The notes: generated from the letters alone by a model not told the origin. Positions 11,276-22,765 are shown, counted from the stretch's first letter. The stretch is DNA of 64,000 nucleotides from Desulfatiglandales bacterium (GCA_963662465.1 OY759599.1:7040001-7104000), one strand, 5' to 3'. Program-made: numbers and translations.

Positions 11276-12124
11276 AAAATAAAATCCAAACTTTTTTGTA
11301 TCGAATTCCTTAAATATCAGACATCTTTAAAAAAGGTTTGGATTTTATTTAGGTTTGGATAACGTAGACTATGGGGTGTGGGTGCGCTGAATACCGTATT
11401 TCCAATGATGCGTCTTTTGTGTTTGAGGCAGATATCGTCCAGAGCCCCATGGAATGCAGCATATATGCGATTCGAATGCAAGATACCGCCCTTTGGGGCG
11501 GGCAAAAGCCACGGGCTTTCATTTTGAAGCTCCTGTTTTACAGACAGGTAATTGTTCATATGCTGAATTACGGTGGAAGAAAGGGCGATGAGCCGGTCTT
11601 TCCTGAACTTTGTTTTTTCTACATATAGGGTGCCGTCGTCTTTTCGGTAGTGCTGTTTTTTCAGCCGGAGAGGCTCGGAGATTCTCATGCCGCATTGAGC
11701 GAGAAGAAAGACAACCGTGTAAACCGTGAGATCGTTAAAGAAATATTTGGGGTTTTGTCTGATTTTTCGGTGTATGGCCCTCAGCATGCGCTGGATTTGG
11801 GAGGGAGAAAAAATGAAAGGTACGAATGCGTTTTCTCTTTGCAGGGGGAAATTCTCGAGCGGATTGTCCTCCAGTACCTGAACTCGAATGAGATAGTCGA
11901 AAAACCCCCGTGCGGTCATGATGATGCTATTGACGGATCGAGGTTCCAGTTTGAGAGATCTTTTGAATGCGAGAAAATCGAGAGGGCTGATCCGTTGTAT
12001 GCTGAGGCCCGTTTCTTCCATGAAAAGATCGAAAGGCCGCAGATTGCTTCGAAGATTTTTGTCTGTAAAACCCAGATCCCCGCGATAAGCCACATATGCT
12101 TCCAGTTGTTCTGAGATACCGCTT

Positions 12125-13294
12125 TTAAAGTGTTTCATGGAAAAGTCTCTTTCGCATCAATTGGGTGTGGATATGGATATAGTGCTGCGTTGTCTGAATG
12201 CGGTCATGGCCCAGCATCTCTTTGACCTGGAAAATGGAAGCCCCCGCTTCCAAAAGGTTCTGAGCGTAAGTGTGTCTGAGGCAGTAAGCGGATTCCGATA
12301 TGCCTGCATTGTGTAGACATGCGGAGATATCACGACTGACGATGGCCGGGTGAATAGGCCGATAGGGCGCCCTCAGGGTTATAAATAGAGCCCTGTGTTT
12401 AGTTTGCGGGCGTGCATGTTTTACACAAGCAACAACGGCTTTGAGGGCTTCATCGGGAAAAGGGAGATGCAACGGGACGGTATTCTTTCGATTGGTAATC
12501 CTGATTTCCTTTTTGGCAAATGAGATGTCATCCAATGTTAACAGACTGATCTCCTTGGGCCTGAGTCCAAGTGTATATGCCAGATAGAGCATGGCATTGC
12601 ACCGGATATCCCTGGGTCGTTCCCAGGATAGACTGGAAAAAAGATGATCAAGCTCCTTCGGCCGTAGAAATCTTGGCGGTTTAGCCTGAGCATAGAGAGG
12701 CGGGCCCGACAACAAGGTCGACAGATCTTTTTGAAGGATATTTCTCTAAAAGTAAAGATATTGCAGAAAACCGCGCAGACAACTCCTGTGAGTGCAATGG
12801 GTTTTGGGGTTGTATCCAGCGTTGTAATGCTTCAGAAATGAATCAATTTCCTGTATGGTAAGCGTGTTAAGATGATCATTATGCAGGTATCGGTGAAGTC
12901 CTGAAAAAACACGCCGGCAGGTACGGACCCTTTCCTCGGCCACATTGCGAGTGTTTTTGTAATGGGCCAGATATCCTTCATAGATCTCGGGTAATGCTTC
13001 AGTGGGTTTACGCACGGGCTCTATGAGCTGATGATTTTCATACAGGTACTGAGAAAGCCCCGTGATCGGCGCCAGGGGAACGTGTTTAAGTTGGGATTCA
13101 CACTGAAAGGCCTTGAGATTTTCGTATTTAAACACATCGTTGAAACCCATGCCCGCGGCATTGGCAAACGCAACCCAGTGTTTCAAAATCAACTGATAGA
13201 ATCTGATTGTGTGGGGACTGTACTGCCGGGAAGACATCCACTGTAGATATGCATCGATTTGCGGATTCAAATCATCTAAGTGCCGGCATTTCAT
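12125..13294 (-). pseudogene. tyrosine recombinase (first gene of outer RIT), one in-frame TAG at 12746-12748
   Basis: ORFs 12746-13294 and 12125-12715 share a frame; YTLGLR, CLRH, LGHDRIQTTQHY. Confidence 0.85.
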
Positions 13295-13322
13295 TTGGAC
13301 TCCTCCCGGAAAATATAAAAGC

Positions 13323-13625
13323 TTAATGCGCAACCAGTTTAAACTGCTTCCGGTATGCTTTAAGGGCATTGACGGTTTCCACAAAAGAGCTGTTTTCGCA
13401 TGTCATGACCATGTCGATGGTGTTGAAGTTTTTTCCGCAAAGAAAACATCTGGCCAGGTTGGTTTTCGGATTTGTGGCGGTTTGGAATTCACCGCAAATG
13501 GGACATAGGAATCGGAATTGACCTTCAGTCATCTTGCACGGAATTTTAAGAAGGTCCTCAATCAAAACAGAGATGGGGATGTGATTTCGCAACGCGAACA
13601 GTTCACTTCGGGTAAATTGTTTCAT
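13323..13625 (-). CDS. CHC2-type zinc-finger protein (primase Zn-binding-domain-like)
   Basis: FLCPIC...ARCFLCGKNFNTIDMVM...SFVETV. Confidence 0.75.
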   Translation of the reverse strand: MKQFTRSELFALRNHIPISVLIEDLLKIPCKMTEGQFRFLCPICGEFQTATNPKTNLARCFLCGKNFNTIDMVMTCENSSFVETVNALKAYRKQFKLVAH

Positions 13626-13734
13626 GGTGTCTCCTTTCAAAAACATGGTTTTCCGGGTTAAATACCCGCTTTATGCACGGAAAACGCGCACAAGGTGTTT
13701 ATAAATCCCACATTTCCAGAAGAAAGCCTATAAA

Positions 13735-13894
13735 GTCCTATTTTGCAATCACCACGATAAATCAGATAACTATCTGAAATAACATTTTAAAATGAATTTG
13801 ATGCGTCCATCTTTGCAATCACCATAAAAATGGACAGAACCTACCGATATAATTTTAGAAACATGATTTAACAGGTCCATCTTTGCAATTACCA
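13735..13894. repeat. three 20-bp direct repeats with exact 70-bp period
   Basis: GTCCATCTTTGCAATCACCA consensus at 13735, 13805 and 13875. Confidence 0.85.
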
Positions 13895-14606
13895 CTTTCA
13901 GCACCGGAAAACCCGCCGAAATGGCCTGGTAAAAGGATCGAAGGAAAGACGGCATACAACTCCATAAGAAAAGCCATTTTGCTTTTCCGAAATTCTTGGT
14001 CTAGAAGCAATACCCGTGAATGAATTGGCTTCACTTTTTCTGAGGCCAATCCTCAGTAAAGATAATCGTCAAAATAAAAAGAAATTCTATATAAAAGCGA
14101 GAAAAAACGATCTAATAAGGCCATACGGCTGATTTTAGCGAATAATGCCGCAATACGGAGCGGGACATTCGCTTCATACTCGTTTAAACTCTGATGGGTT
14201 CATGTAAAGACCAACTAATCAGAAAACTTAGACGAGGATAGAGTCATGATCAAAAGGGTTTCAGAAATTTTTTCCAAAATTGAAAGTGATTTTGAGTTTG
14301 CTCCTTTTGAAAAAATTATTCAACCGATCATTGAGGATGCTCTCAAAGAACATCAGAAAGACAAAGGGTGCGGCTCTTTTGAATCACGCATAAAAGCGAT
14401 AAATAATGGCATGTTAGGTGATCTGCAGACCAAGTTGCTGAGGTTTTTTTCGAGAATAACATCTCAGTAAAAAGCTATGTCCGGGTTTTCGCGTCCGTGG
14501 ACAGTGGATGGTGGAAAAGTGAAAAAAGTTTTTTTTGTTGGCTGTCATTTTTTTCTGGCGCTTCTTTCAGTTTCTTGCTATATGAGAATGGTGAGGGAGG
14601 AACACC

Positions 14607-15503
14607 ATGAACAGAGCAAGAGACAATCACCGATTTTGTGGGCGTGAGTTTGCCCCCCAAGACGTTTCCTTGATTCAGGAAGTGGTCAAGAGCTGTCCAG
14701 GAATCAGCCGAACAGAATTGTCGTATACGGTGAGCGAACTGCTGGAGTGGAGACGGCCTAATGGGGGTCTCAAAGGTCGGGAGTGCCTGAACTTTTTGGA
14801 GCGATTGGAAAGCGAGGGGTATTTCAGGCTTCCGGAGAGCCATGGGAACGGACCGAGGAAAGGTACGAGACGGCACATTGCTCCGGCAAAAGATTCTCCG
14901 GCTTGGGCCGGACTGTCTGGGAGTGTAGAGGCGTTTTCGCCCCTGGATATGGAACTGGTCAAAAGCGCGGAACAGCGCCGACTTTTCAAAGATCTTGTAA
15001 GCCGTTACCACTATCTTGGATATGCCATGCCCTTTGGAGCGAAGCTTCAATATCTGGTATACGTAACCCGTCCCATTCGACAAGTTGTCGGCTGTGTTCA
15101 ATTCTCCAGTCCAGCTTGGCGGATGAAGGCCAGGGATCAATGGATTGGCTGGGATGACGCGACACGCGGGCGAGATCTTCAGCAGATCGTAAACAACAGT
15201 CGATTGTTGGTCCTGCCAAGGATACGCAATCTGGCCAGTTCGCTGCTTTCGTGTGTTTTGAGTCGGCTTCGAGAGGACTGGCGGGTCCATTATGCAGTGG
15301 ATCCCTTGTTGGTGGAGACGCTGGTAGACCAAAAGCGTTATCATGGTGAGTGTTACCGGGCAGCCAACTGGATTGAACTGGGAAAGACCAGCGGTCGCGG
15401 ACGAATGGACAGAGCTGGTAAACGGTACGGAGCAGATGTGAAAACCATCCTGGTTTACCCACTGGTAAAAAATGCCGTCCGCCGGCTTAAAGGGGGGAGA
15501 TAG
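14607..15503 (+). CDS. DUF4338 (DruA-like) domain protein
   Basis: YHYLGY, ARDQWIGW, NNSRLLVLP, NLAS, LVETLVD, CYRAANW. Confidence 0.85.
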   Translation: MNRARDNHRFCGREFAPQDVSLIQEVVKSCPGISRTELSYTVSELLEWRRPNGGLKGRECLNFLERLESEGYFRLPESHGNGPRKGTRRHIAPAKDSPAWAGLSGSVEAFSPLDMELVKSAEQRRLFKDLVSRYHYLGYAMPFGAKLQYLVYVTRPIRQVVGCVQFSSPAWRMKARDQWIGWDDATRGRDLQQIVNNSRLLVLPRIRNLASSLLSCVLSRLREDWRVHYAVDPLLVETLVDQKRYHGECYRAANWIELGKTSGRGRMDRAGKRYGADVKTILVYPLVKNAVRRLKGGR

Positions 15504-15508
15504 CACTT

Positions 15509-17071
15509 ATGGGAGCAACTCCAGCACTTTCTTCCCTGGAATATCCTTATGGTCAGAGTCATGATTATTTTGAGCGCATCATAAGTATCCTTGATTCCGG
15601 TGAGGGAAATTCGATGGATATGAGCAAATTAGAACAGGAGCTTGAGAAGCGGGGGCGTGAGTTGATGCGCATTTTGCTTCAGGAACATCTTAATAACCGC
15701 AGCCCCGGCAAAAGCCGTGAACCTGTGAAGGATGTAGATGGAATCAAACGAATTGAAACACCTGCCCATGAACGAAAGATTGAAACAGTGTTCGGCAGGG
15801 TTGAGCTCAATCGTGCCGGATACGGCAATCAAGGATGTAAAAGTCTTCACCCGCTGGATGCCGAACTGAACCTTCCCCCAGAGATTTATTCATTGGAGCT
15901 ACAGCGAAGAGTAGCAGAAGACGCGGCAAAGAACTCTTTTGATGAGGTTGTGGAAACCATCGCTAAAACCACCGGCGGGAATGTGCCCAAACGCCAGGCC
16001 GAAGAAGTGGTTCAACGTGCAGCCCGGGACTTCGATGCATTTTATGAGACGCACAAATGCCGATGTTCAGAAGAAAAAGCTACAGGATCCGTGTTGGCAA
16101 TTACCGCTGATGGGAAGGGCGTGGTACTCCACGAAAGAGACCTCAGAGAAAAAACACGCAAAGCAGCTGAAAAACGCAGACAAAAGATGGAAAAGCGGCT
16201 CTCGCAAGGGGAAAAAAAGAATGCCAAACGTATGGCCACTGTAGCCGCTGTATACACTACCGATTCATTTGAGCGCAGTCCTGATGACCTGCTTTCCGAA
16301 AGCGGTCCTCGCATCAAAAAAATGAAACGGCCACCTATAGAAAATAAACGAGTTTGGGCCAGTCTTGAAAAAGAACCTGAAGAGGTTATTAAAGAGGCTT
16401 TTACCGAGGCTCAAAACCGGGACCCAAACCATAAGAAAAACTGGGTGGCATTGGTTGATGGAAACAATACTCAGATCAACATTCTGCGCAACATTGCCAA
16501 AACCCAAGGCATTGACCTGACCATCATTGTAGATGTTATTCATGTTATAGAATACCTTTGGAATGCCGGCAGAGTCTTTCATCCTGAATCCGGTCCAGAG
16601 CTCGAACAATGGGTCGAACATCGTCTGAGGAAAATTCTTGAGGGAAAGGCAGGACACATGGCTGGCGGGATGCGCCGAAGTGCCACAAGAAAAAAAATCA
16701 GCGAAAAAAAACGAGAACCTGTAGACAAATGCGCCACCTACCTGCTCAATAAATCTCCTTATCTCAAATATAACCGCTATCTTTCCAAGGGTTTTCCTAT
16801 TGGAACCGGCGTTATTGAGGGAGCATGCCGGCATCTTGTAAAAGACCGGATGGAAATTACAGGGGCTAAATGGACCCTTCAGGGAGCCGAAGCAGTATTA
16901 CGGTTACGAGCCTTACGTTCAAGCAAGGACTTCGATGAGTACTGGACTTTTCATGAGGATTATGAGTACAAACGAAATCATCAAGCACTCTATGCTGATG
17001 GCTCGGTTCCTGCCACAACAAACTCAAAGTCATCTACTAAAAACACCGGCCATCTTAAAATAATCAAGTAA
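15509..17071 (+). CDS. ISKra4-family DDE transposase
   Basis: PLDAELNLP, ADGKGV, LVDG, DVIHVIEYLW, PIGTGVIEGACRHLVKDRM. Confidence 0.9.
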   Translation: MGATPALSSLEYPYGQSHDYFERIISILDSGEGNSMDMSKLEQELEKRGRELMRILLQEHLNNRSPGKSREPVKDVDGIKRIETPAHERKIETVFGRVELNRAGYGNQGCKSLHPLDAELNLPPEIYSLELQRRVAEDAAKNSFDEVVETIAKTTGGNVPKRQAEEVVQRAARDFDAFYETHKCRCSEEKATGSVLAITADGKGVVLHERDLREKTRKAAEKRRQKMEKRLSQGEKKNAKRMATVAAVYTTDSFERSPDDLLSESGPRIKKMKRPPIENKRVWASLEKEPEEVIKEAFTEAQNRDPNHKKNWVALVDGNNTQINILRNIAKTQGIDLTIIVDVIHVIEYLWNAGRVFHPESGPELEQWVEHRLRKILEGKAGHMAGGMRRSATRKKISEKKREPVDKCATYLLNKSPYLKYNRYLSKGFPIGTGVIEGACRHLVKDRMEITGAKWTLQGAEAVLRLRALRSSKDFDEYWTFHEDYEYKRNHQALYADGSVPATTNSKSSTKNTGHLKIIK

Positions 17072-17873
17072 ACTCTCAACAGACGAATCAATAGAATAGC
17101 AACCACGGGATCGTCATATCGAAAAATGCAAAAGAGCCACACCCAAAGACAAATACAGGAAAGGCACGATTCTGACGCCGGTTGTTTTGGTTTGGCTATG
17201 CTTTGCATTAGCTTTGCGTCGAAACTTGAATTACGACAAAACTTTGAACTGGCTGGTCGCCGGTATGCGCTGGAAGGATTTGGATTTCCATGGAAAATTT
17301 GTAAAAGCAGGCACGATTAGCCATGCTCGATCCAAAATGGGAATTGACGTCTTTCGTACCATTTTTTACAGATTTGCTTCGACTTTCAAAGACATTGAAC
17401 CTCCTGATTTTCATGGAATGAGAACCGCTATGTTTGATGGTACCTCCTTGACAATGCCGGACACTGAAAGCAATTGGCAAAAGTTTGGAAAACACAACTC
17501 GGGAAGAGGCTACGGCGCATTCCCGCAAATGAGATTGGTTGCATTAATGGGTCTGACTGCCCGTCGAATTATAGATATTGCTTATGCTCCCTACAAAGGA
17601 AAAAAGACCGGCGAAAGAACCTTGATGTTTCAAATCCTGAAAAGATGTTCAATAGAAAGCGCATTATTGCTTTTTGATGCTGGATTTTACTCATTTGATT
17701 TGGCCAATTATATGTTCGAGAATGGGATTCAACACATTATGAAAATAGCAAAATCGGGAAAATTAAAACCAATTCCTGGTTCCCAAATGCTTGACGGCAG
17801 TTATCTGAGCAAAATTGACGGGAAAATCGTTGAATCGGAAGACCCGAAAACCGGCCGGAAAAAATGGAAAAAG

Positions 17874-19879
17874 CGCATAAGTCTAAATGTTGTGGGGTTT
17901 ACTCTAACATATTGAAATTATTTCATCTGTTAAACGGTTCCGAATCAATATCCTAATCAAAGCGCATTTCGTGAGGCCAAACATTTTTTCCTGAATTCGC
18001 CTTAGCGGAAAAAAGTTAGGGACTTTTTTTGATAAGTGTGCATAATCATAGTGCAACAGTCTATGTTAAATTAGAGAGGTTGCACATGATTAATAATATT
18101 AAGAGAGCTTTGACAATGTTGGACAAAGCTCAAAACAGACTTGCAAGACAATGTTATTACGATCCAAAACAGTATCCTGAGATTTTCTTTGAAATTGAGA
18201 AATGCATTAATGCCATCAGATCATGGATCAATGAAAGGGAGATGTTTCAATCATTGCAATATTTTTATGTAACATTGTCTGCTCTTATTGATGAACTTGG
18301 TAGGTTAATAAGTCAATTATGGGATATTTGTAAGCCAATAAAAGGGAAAAAAAGCATTCCAAAAACACAACGGGATCGACAGAAAATTAGAATCTTTTAT
18401 TCAATTCGTTCAATGATAAGTAATATTACTAAAAAATTGAATAATGTAAAAAGTCGTGATAGTACAATCAGTATTGCATTTGAGATAGGGATGTTAAAAT
18501 CTTTTGATAAATCCATAATCGAAAATGTAAAAAAGAAAATGGAAGACCTTGTTTCTAAACGAGGAAATCAAACATATATCTTTCCTTATAATAACACCGA
18601 AAGCTATCATGCTCTCGTAAAAGATAGTAAGAAGTTTCGCATTGAAGTATTAGATAAACTCGATAAATATGATCACCACACAGGCCATAATTCAACATGT
18701 TCTGGACCTAAAGAATATATTTTATCTGGTTTCCGCGGGAATCCTCGAAAAACAATAATGAATGGAGGAGAACAACAGACATTCCCAATCCGCATGATAC
18801 AATGCCGGAAGTGCAAACAAAAGTTCTCTCTTGTTCCCAGCTTTCTCCCAAGGGAAAAGAATTTTGGTATAGAGATTATTGGGCACGTATTTCGGAATAT
18901 GTACCGTTTTAATGCGAGCATTCAAGGAGCCATCGAAAGCCTTAAAATTATTGGCAAAAAAAGTGTCAAAAGCAAACAAACCATCTTGAACTGGAATCGA
19001 TGGGCAGGAACACTTCATCCTGCAACAATACTAACAAGAGCAGGAGTGAAAGGCTCAGGATATCTACAGGAAGATGAGGGCTTTGAAAAAGAACCAAATT
19101 TAAGAACTTATTCTGTAGTTATGGTCGATCCTGAAAATTTATTAGTATGGCACTCCGATTATGTTGATCATGTTGATGAAGAAAACCTGTGCGGTTCATT
19201 TGAGGATTTTTTGCAAAAAATCGACTTCAAAATCCTTGGTGTAACAAAAGATAAGTGGAAAGCCTCAACCAATGCTATCAAGACCGTATTCCATAACATT
19301 TGGGTCGGATATTGCCATCGTCATTGTTTGAAAAACTTCTACGATGCACTATCAAAATATCAAAAAGAATCAAAATGTACCGACCAAGAAGTGGACAAGT
19401 TTTATAAAAAATTTAAGAAAGTTTTGAAAACATCCACATCTAAAGTTAACTTGGAAGTAAAGATTAAGGCATTAGATGACGATGCATTTTCTCATCCATT
19501 ACTAAAAAAGAGGGTAGTAGAATTAAAAGAAAATGCCACTCATTATACCTCTCATAAAAATAGAAATGGGATAAAACAAACAACCTCCATTGTTGACAAT
19601 TATTTAAAAGGAATCAAACGTAAACTAAAACAAATTGAGAGTTTTCGAGATAAGAAATGGGCAAGTCTTTTCTTTCGAGCACATGCGACTATCAGGAATT
19701 TTGTCCCATTTTTACCTGGCGCAAAAAATGCTCATAAAAGTCCCTTTGAATTAGCCAACGGCCAAACATTTGACTTACCTTGGATTCAAGTTATGAATGT
19801 TCATAATGCATTCTTGTTTACCGAAAACGCCTTTTAATTTTGATGGGTTATACAACCCCACAACATTTAGACTTATGCG
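17874..19879 (+). mobile_element. IS 'A' copy 2 (transposase 18029-19837)
   Basis: Same 26-bp IR; 8-bp TSD GGAAAAAG at 17866-17873 and 19880-19887. Confidence 0.95.
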
Positions 19880-20586
19880 GGAAAAAGGTTGAAATAATCG
19901 TTCGTGTAATTCATTTCCAAATTCCAGGTTTTTGACCTGTACGTTTAATTACAAGCCTCTTGGATTCAGATATCAGCGCAAAAGAGATTGTCACCCATTA
20001 TCATAAGCGCTGGGATATAGAAATTGCTTTTGATGAAATTAAAACTCATCAGTGCGCTACTCTTAAAGGGCAAATGCCGACCATAATTCGTAGTAAACGC
20101 AGTGATTTGGTTGAACAGGAATTGTATTCAATAATGATCGTATACAATCTGATTCGCTCTTTGATCCAAGAAGCAACAAACATGGAAGGCGGTGATCCTT
20201 TGTTGATCAGTTTCGTAGATACTGTCGATCTTATCATACAAAGTGCCCCACTCATGAGTATGATAACGGGAAAGAGAAAAGAAAAGCGGTCTTTTCTGCT
20301 TAAAATGATCGCAGAATCAAAAATTGATAGACCACGCAGACCCAGACGTAATCCACGGGTCATAAAAGTAAAAATGTCTAATTTCAAACGAAAGCGTAGC
20401 AAGGATAAATCGCAAACCGTCCATTTCAATCAAGATGTGGAAGTCCTGTACAAAAAGGCAGCATGAACATCATTCATTCACGGGTATTGGGTCTAGAAGC
20501 AGGATGAAAAATTGACTGGATAGCCGTCTTATGAAAGGGCTGGAGGGGAAGTCTTATGGGAAGGTCTGTTCAGGGTCAATGTTAAT

Positions 20587-21054
20587 CTAAAAGGAGTTTT
20601 CAGGATAAACCGTTTCATGTATCCTGACGATAATCGGTTCCATGTTTGCAACGGGTATGTCAGTCACGGGAATCAGTTTGTAATACCCTGATATCAAAGT
20701 TCTTTGCTGATTTTTCGCGTCCATTTTTGCAACGCTTGATGCGATTGGCCCGTCAGAGCGCTGTCTCCTGTTGATATTGCGTTCCCGCTGTTTTTCTCTG
20801 TTTCGCTGGGCGTATTCTGGATTCTTTTTCCTGTACTGCTTCCAATATCCCGTGTTATGCTTTAACCATTCCGTCTTACAAGCGGCCTGGTCGTTGCGGT
20901 AGTCTTCATCACTGGCTAATTTACGGCGCTGCCAGTCGTTTTTTCGTGCTCTCTGGCATTCTTTTTGAGTGCAGTGTTTTTGATTAGGATGCCTCGCGCT
21001 AATGACAAACGAGCGCCCACAATGTTTGCATTTTCTCCGTTTCATAAAGACCAC
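20587..21054 (-). CDS. hypothetical basic Cys-rich protein of the outer RIT-like element
   Basis: CKHC...HC...C motif, CAGGAGG RBS, lies inside the element ends. Confidence 0.6.
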   Translation of the reverse strand: MVFMKRRKCKHCGRSFVISARHPNQKHCTQKECQRARKNDWQRRKLASDEDYRNDQAACKTEWLKHNTGYWKQYRKKNPEYAQRNREKQRERNINRRQRSDGPIASSVAKMDAKNQQRTLISGYYKLIPVTDIPVANMEPIIVRIHETVYPENSF

Positions 21055-21576
21055 CTCCTGAACAGAAGCTACAGGTCTTTGCCTAAAACGGTCAATTTAT
21101 TCAAATTGTTAAAACGGTAATGATCGCTCGCATGAAATGGTGGCAGCCGGTCATAAAAAAGCCACCATCTTTTACGGCAGGTAAAGCGGAAGGGCTACCA
21201 TTCAAATCCTCTTGTCTCATACGCAATAAAAAACCGCCGGTCCATGGGCGGGGTAAGCGGGGTACGGATTTATCAATCCTTAGGGCGGGATCAGCGGGGT
21301 ACTGGCAACATAATCAGACTCGCAACATAATGACCCCACTCCTACAAAACCCAAAACCATCTTTGCTCTCTTCGTTACCTTCTGTAAAAAGCCCTTAAAA
21401 AAAATCCTGTAAAATCCTGTAAATCCTGTAAATCCTGTCAAAAAAGATCGGAAAATCGAAAGAAACGCATGAATGCATGGGCGTCCCCCTACCCTTTGCA
21501 ACGTCCCCCATTACATGCCCTTGACGGTTAGAGAGGTAACAACCTTACAAACCTGCCAACGTCCCCATTAAGTATT

Positions 21577-21720
21577 TATGGGATATTGGACGATCGGGCC
21601 GTCCAGCACTACTTTGAACTGGGCTGTGAGGTCGAAGGCCTGGGCCGCGGGCATGTTAAGCGAATCAAGGATCAGGTGCGAAACGCTTCTCAAAACCGGC
21701 AAGAAGAAACGGGGGTAAGT
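21577..21720 (+). pseudogene. 3'-end fragment of nucleotide-sugar dehydrogenase
   Basis: Translates GILDDRAVQHYFELGCEVEGLGRGHVKRIKD, matching the C-terminus of 44039-45724. Confidence 0.85.
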
Positions 21721-21724
21721 CAAA

Positions 21725-21961
21725 ATGGAAACCATAATTGAGCTAAATGACAAAAAGATGCAGTTGAAGGAGTGTATTGCCCAAATAGAGAAAACGGGCA
21801 AAACTCTAATTATTTCCCGCGGCAAAAAGCCGGTGGCCAAGTTGATACCACACAAAAGCAAGGACCCGCTCAGTATGGACCCGACGTTGAGGGGTGCTTT
21901 TTTTGTCGATGACCCGATGGCTCCCCTGTCGGAAGCTGATTGGCCCGAGGCGTTTCGATGA
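21725..21961 (+). CDS. Phd/YefM-type antitoxin
   Basis: LIISRGKKPVAKLIP; ATGA overlap with the PIN gene. Confidence 0.8.
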   Translation: METIIELNDKKMQLKECIAQIEKTGKTLIISRGKKPVAKLIPHKSKDPLSMDPTLRGAFFVDDPMAPLSEADWPEAFR

Positions 21962-22344
21962 TTCTACTCGATACGCACGCCATTGTTTGGCTTGCTTCAG
22001 ACCAGGATCGGTTTACGGAGAAGGGGCGAGCATTGATCAGGGATAATGCGGGCCAGCTGTATGTCTCTGTTGTGTCTGCGTGGGAGATATCCATGTTGCA
22101 CAAACGAAATCGCCTGCAACTGCCCATGGAGCCGGAACAGTATGTTGATCGCCTCATCAAACAGCATGATTTGAACGAAGTGCCTTTGGAGCGAAAAGTT
22201 GTTCAGCTTTCTGTTCGTTTGCCTGATATCCACAATGATCCCTTCGATCGGGTGCTCATTGCTCTGTGCCGGGAAGAGGGATGGCTTCTTCTGTCAAAGG
22301 ACAAAATTATTCGGAAGTACCCGAGCGTACAGATTGCATGGTGA
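21958..22344 (+). CDS. vapC: VapC/PIN toxin
   Basis: ILLDTHAIVW, SAWEI, HNDPFDRVLIA. Confidence 0.9.
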   Translation: MILLDTHAIVWLASDQDRFTEKGRALIRDNAGQLYVSVVSAWEISMLHKRNRLQLPMEPEQYVDRLIKQHDLNEVPLERKVVQLSVRLPDIHNDPFDRVLIALCREEGWLLLSKDKIIRKYPSVQIAW

Positions 22345-22584
22345 ACAATTAATCCCGAGGTAACAAGTCTTGAACAAGGACCGGATAAACGGACACCTTC
22401 ACCTTTAAGCTTTTATAAAAACAGCGTAATCTGTGAAATCCGCCTGCCCCGTTCAATTTTTACCCCGTTGAACCTTCTTTTTCCTTTGTTTAACTGGAGC
22501 ACGCCAGTGACGAGTGGAACGTATTTAACCGGGGTGCCAAAAAAACTAAAGGTTCACCAGTAAAGTAACAAAAGCACCAACGTT

Positions 22585-22710
22585 ATGTAAGAGTTGGCAA
22601 CTCAAAACCCAAAACTCAAAACCCAACACCATCTTTGCTCTCTTCGTTACCTTTTGTAAAAAGCCCTTAAAAAAAATCCTGTAAAATCCTGTAAATCCTG
22701 TCTAAAAAAA
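22585..22710 (+). repeat. composite ~130-bp repeat block (CAAAACC heptamers + CTTTGCTCTCTTCGTTACCTTCTGT + AATCCTGT repeats)
   Basis: Further full or partial copies at ~21345, 29533, 41935, 45730, 47033, 47377 and 49086. Confidence 0.9.
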
Positions 22711-22765
22711 ATGGAACAAGAAGACCTGACCCACAAAATTATCGGCTGTGCCTACAAAGTATACA

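Larger units (their letters stand above)
5548..11362 (+). mobile_element. inner RIT element
   Basis: 34-bp perfect IR CGTTATCCAAACCTAAATAAAATCCAAACCTTTT (5574-5607 and 11331-11364); three overlapping integrase genes. Confidence 0.9.
5351..12138 (-). pseudogene. tyrosine recombinase (second gene of outer RIT) split by inner RIT
   Basis: 11363-12138 ends TPHSLR and 5351-5547 resumes RHSFAV...YMGH; CGTA present at both junctions. Confidence 0.9.
14366..17144 (+). mobile_element. ISKra4-family element with passenger gene
   Basis: IR GGGTG(C/T)GGCTCTTTTG; 9-bp TSD AAAGACAAA at 14357-14365 and 17145-17153. Confidence 0.92.
14246..20466 (+). pseudogene. IS4-family transposase in three pieces plus a nonsense codon
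   Basis: Pieces 14246-14365, 17154-17873, 19888-20466; FDGT, FDAGF, YHKRWDIEIAFDEIK; TGA at 19933. Confidence 0.88.
14008..20489 (+). mobile_element. IS4-family element (net ~1.68 kb) carrying two nested ISs
   Basis: 18-bp IR CAATACCCGTGAATGAAT; 10-bp TSD GGTCTAGAAG at 13998-14007 and 20490-20499. Confidence 0.92.
4074..21330 (-). mobile_element. outer RIT-like (recombinase-in-trio) element with extra genes
   Basis: Ends TTATGTTGCGAGT (4074-4086) and ACTCGCAACATAA (21318-21330) flanked by direct TGACC (4069-4073, 21331-21335); three overlapping tyrosine recombinases. Confidence 0.75.

Noticed and set aside
13735..13894. CRISPR array
   Set aside because: Only three 20-bp non-identical repeats with 50-bp spacers and no cas genes; kept as an unexplained repeat
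14607..15503. Druantia defence system
   Set aside because: DUF4338 lies inside IS ends and no DruE helicase or other dru genes are present
14475..15506. 343-aa minus-strand ORF and other antisense or overlapping ORFs
   Set aside because: Shadow frames of recognisable genes or translations of repeats, with no motifs
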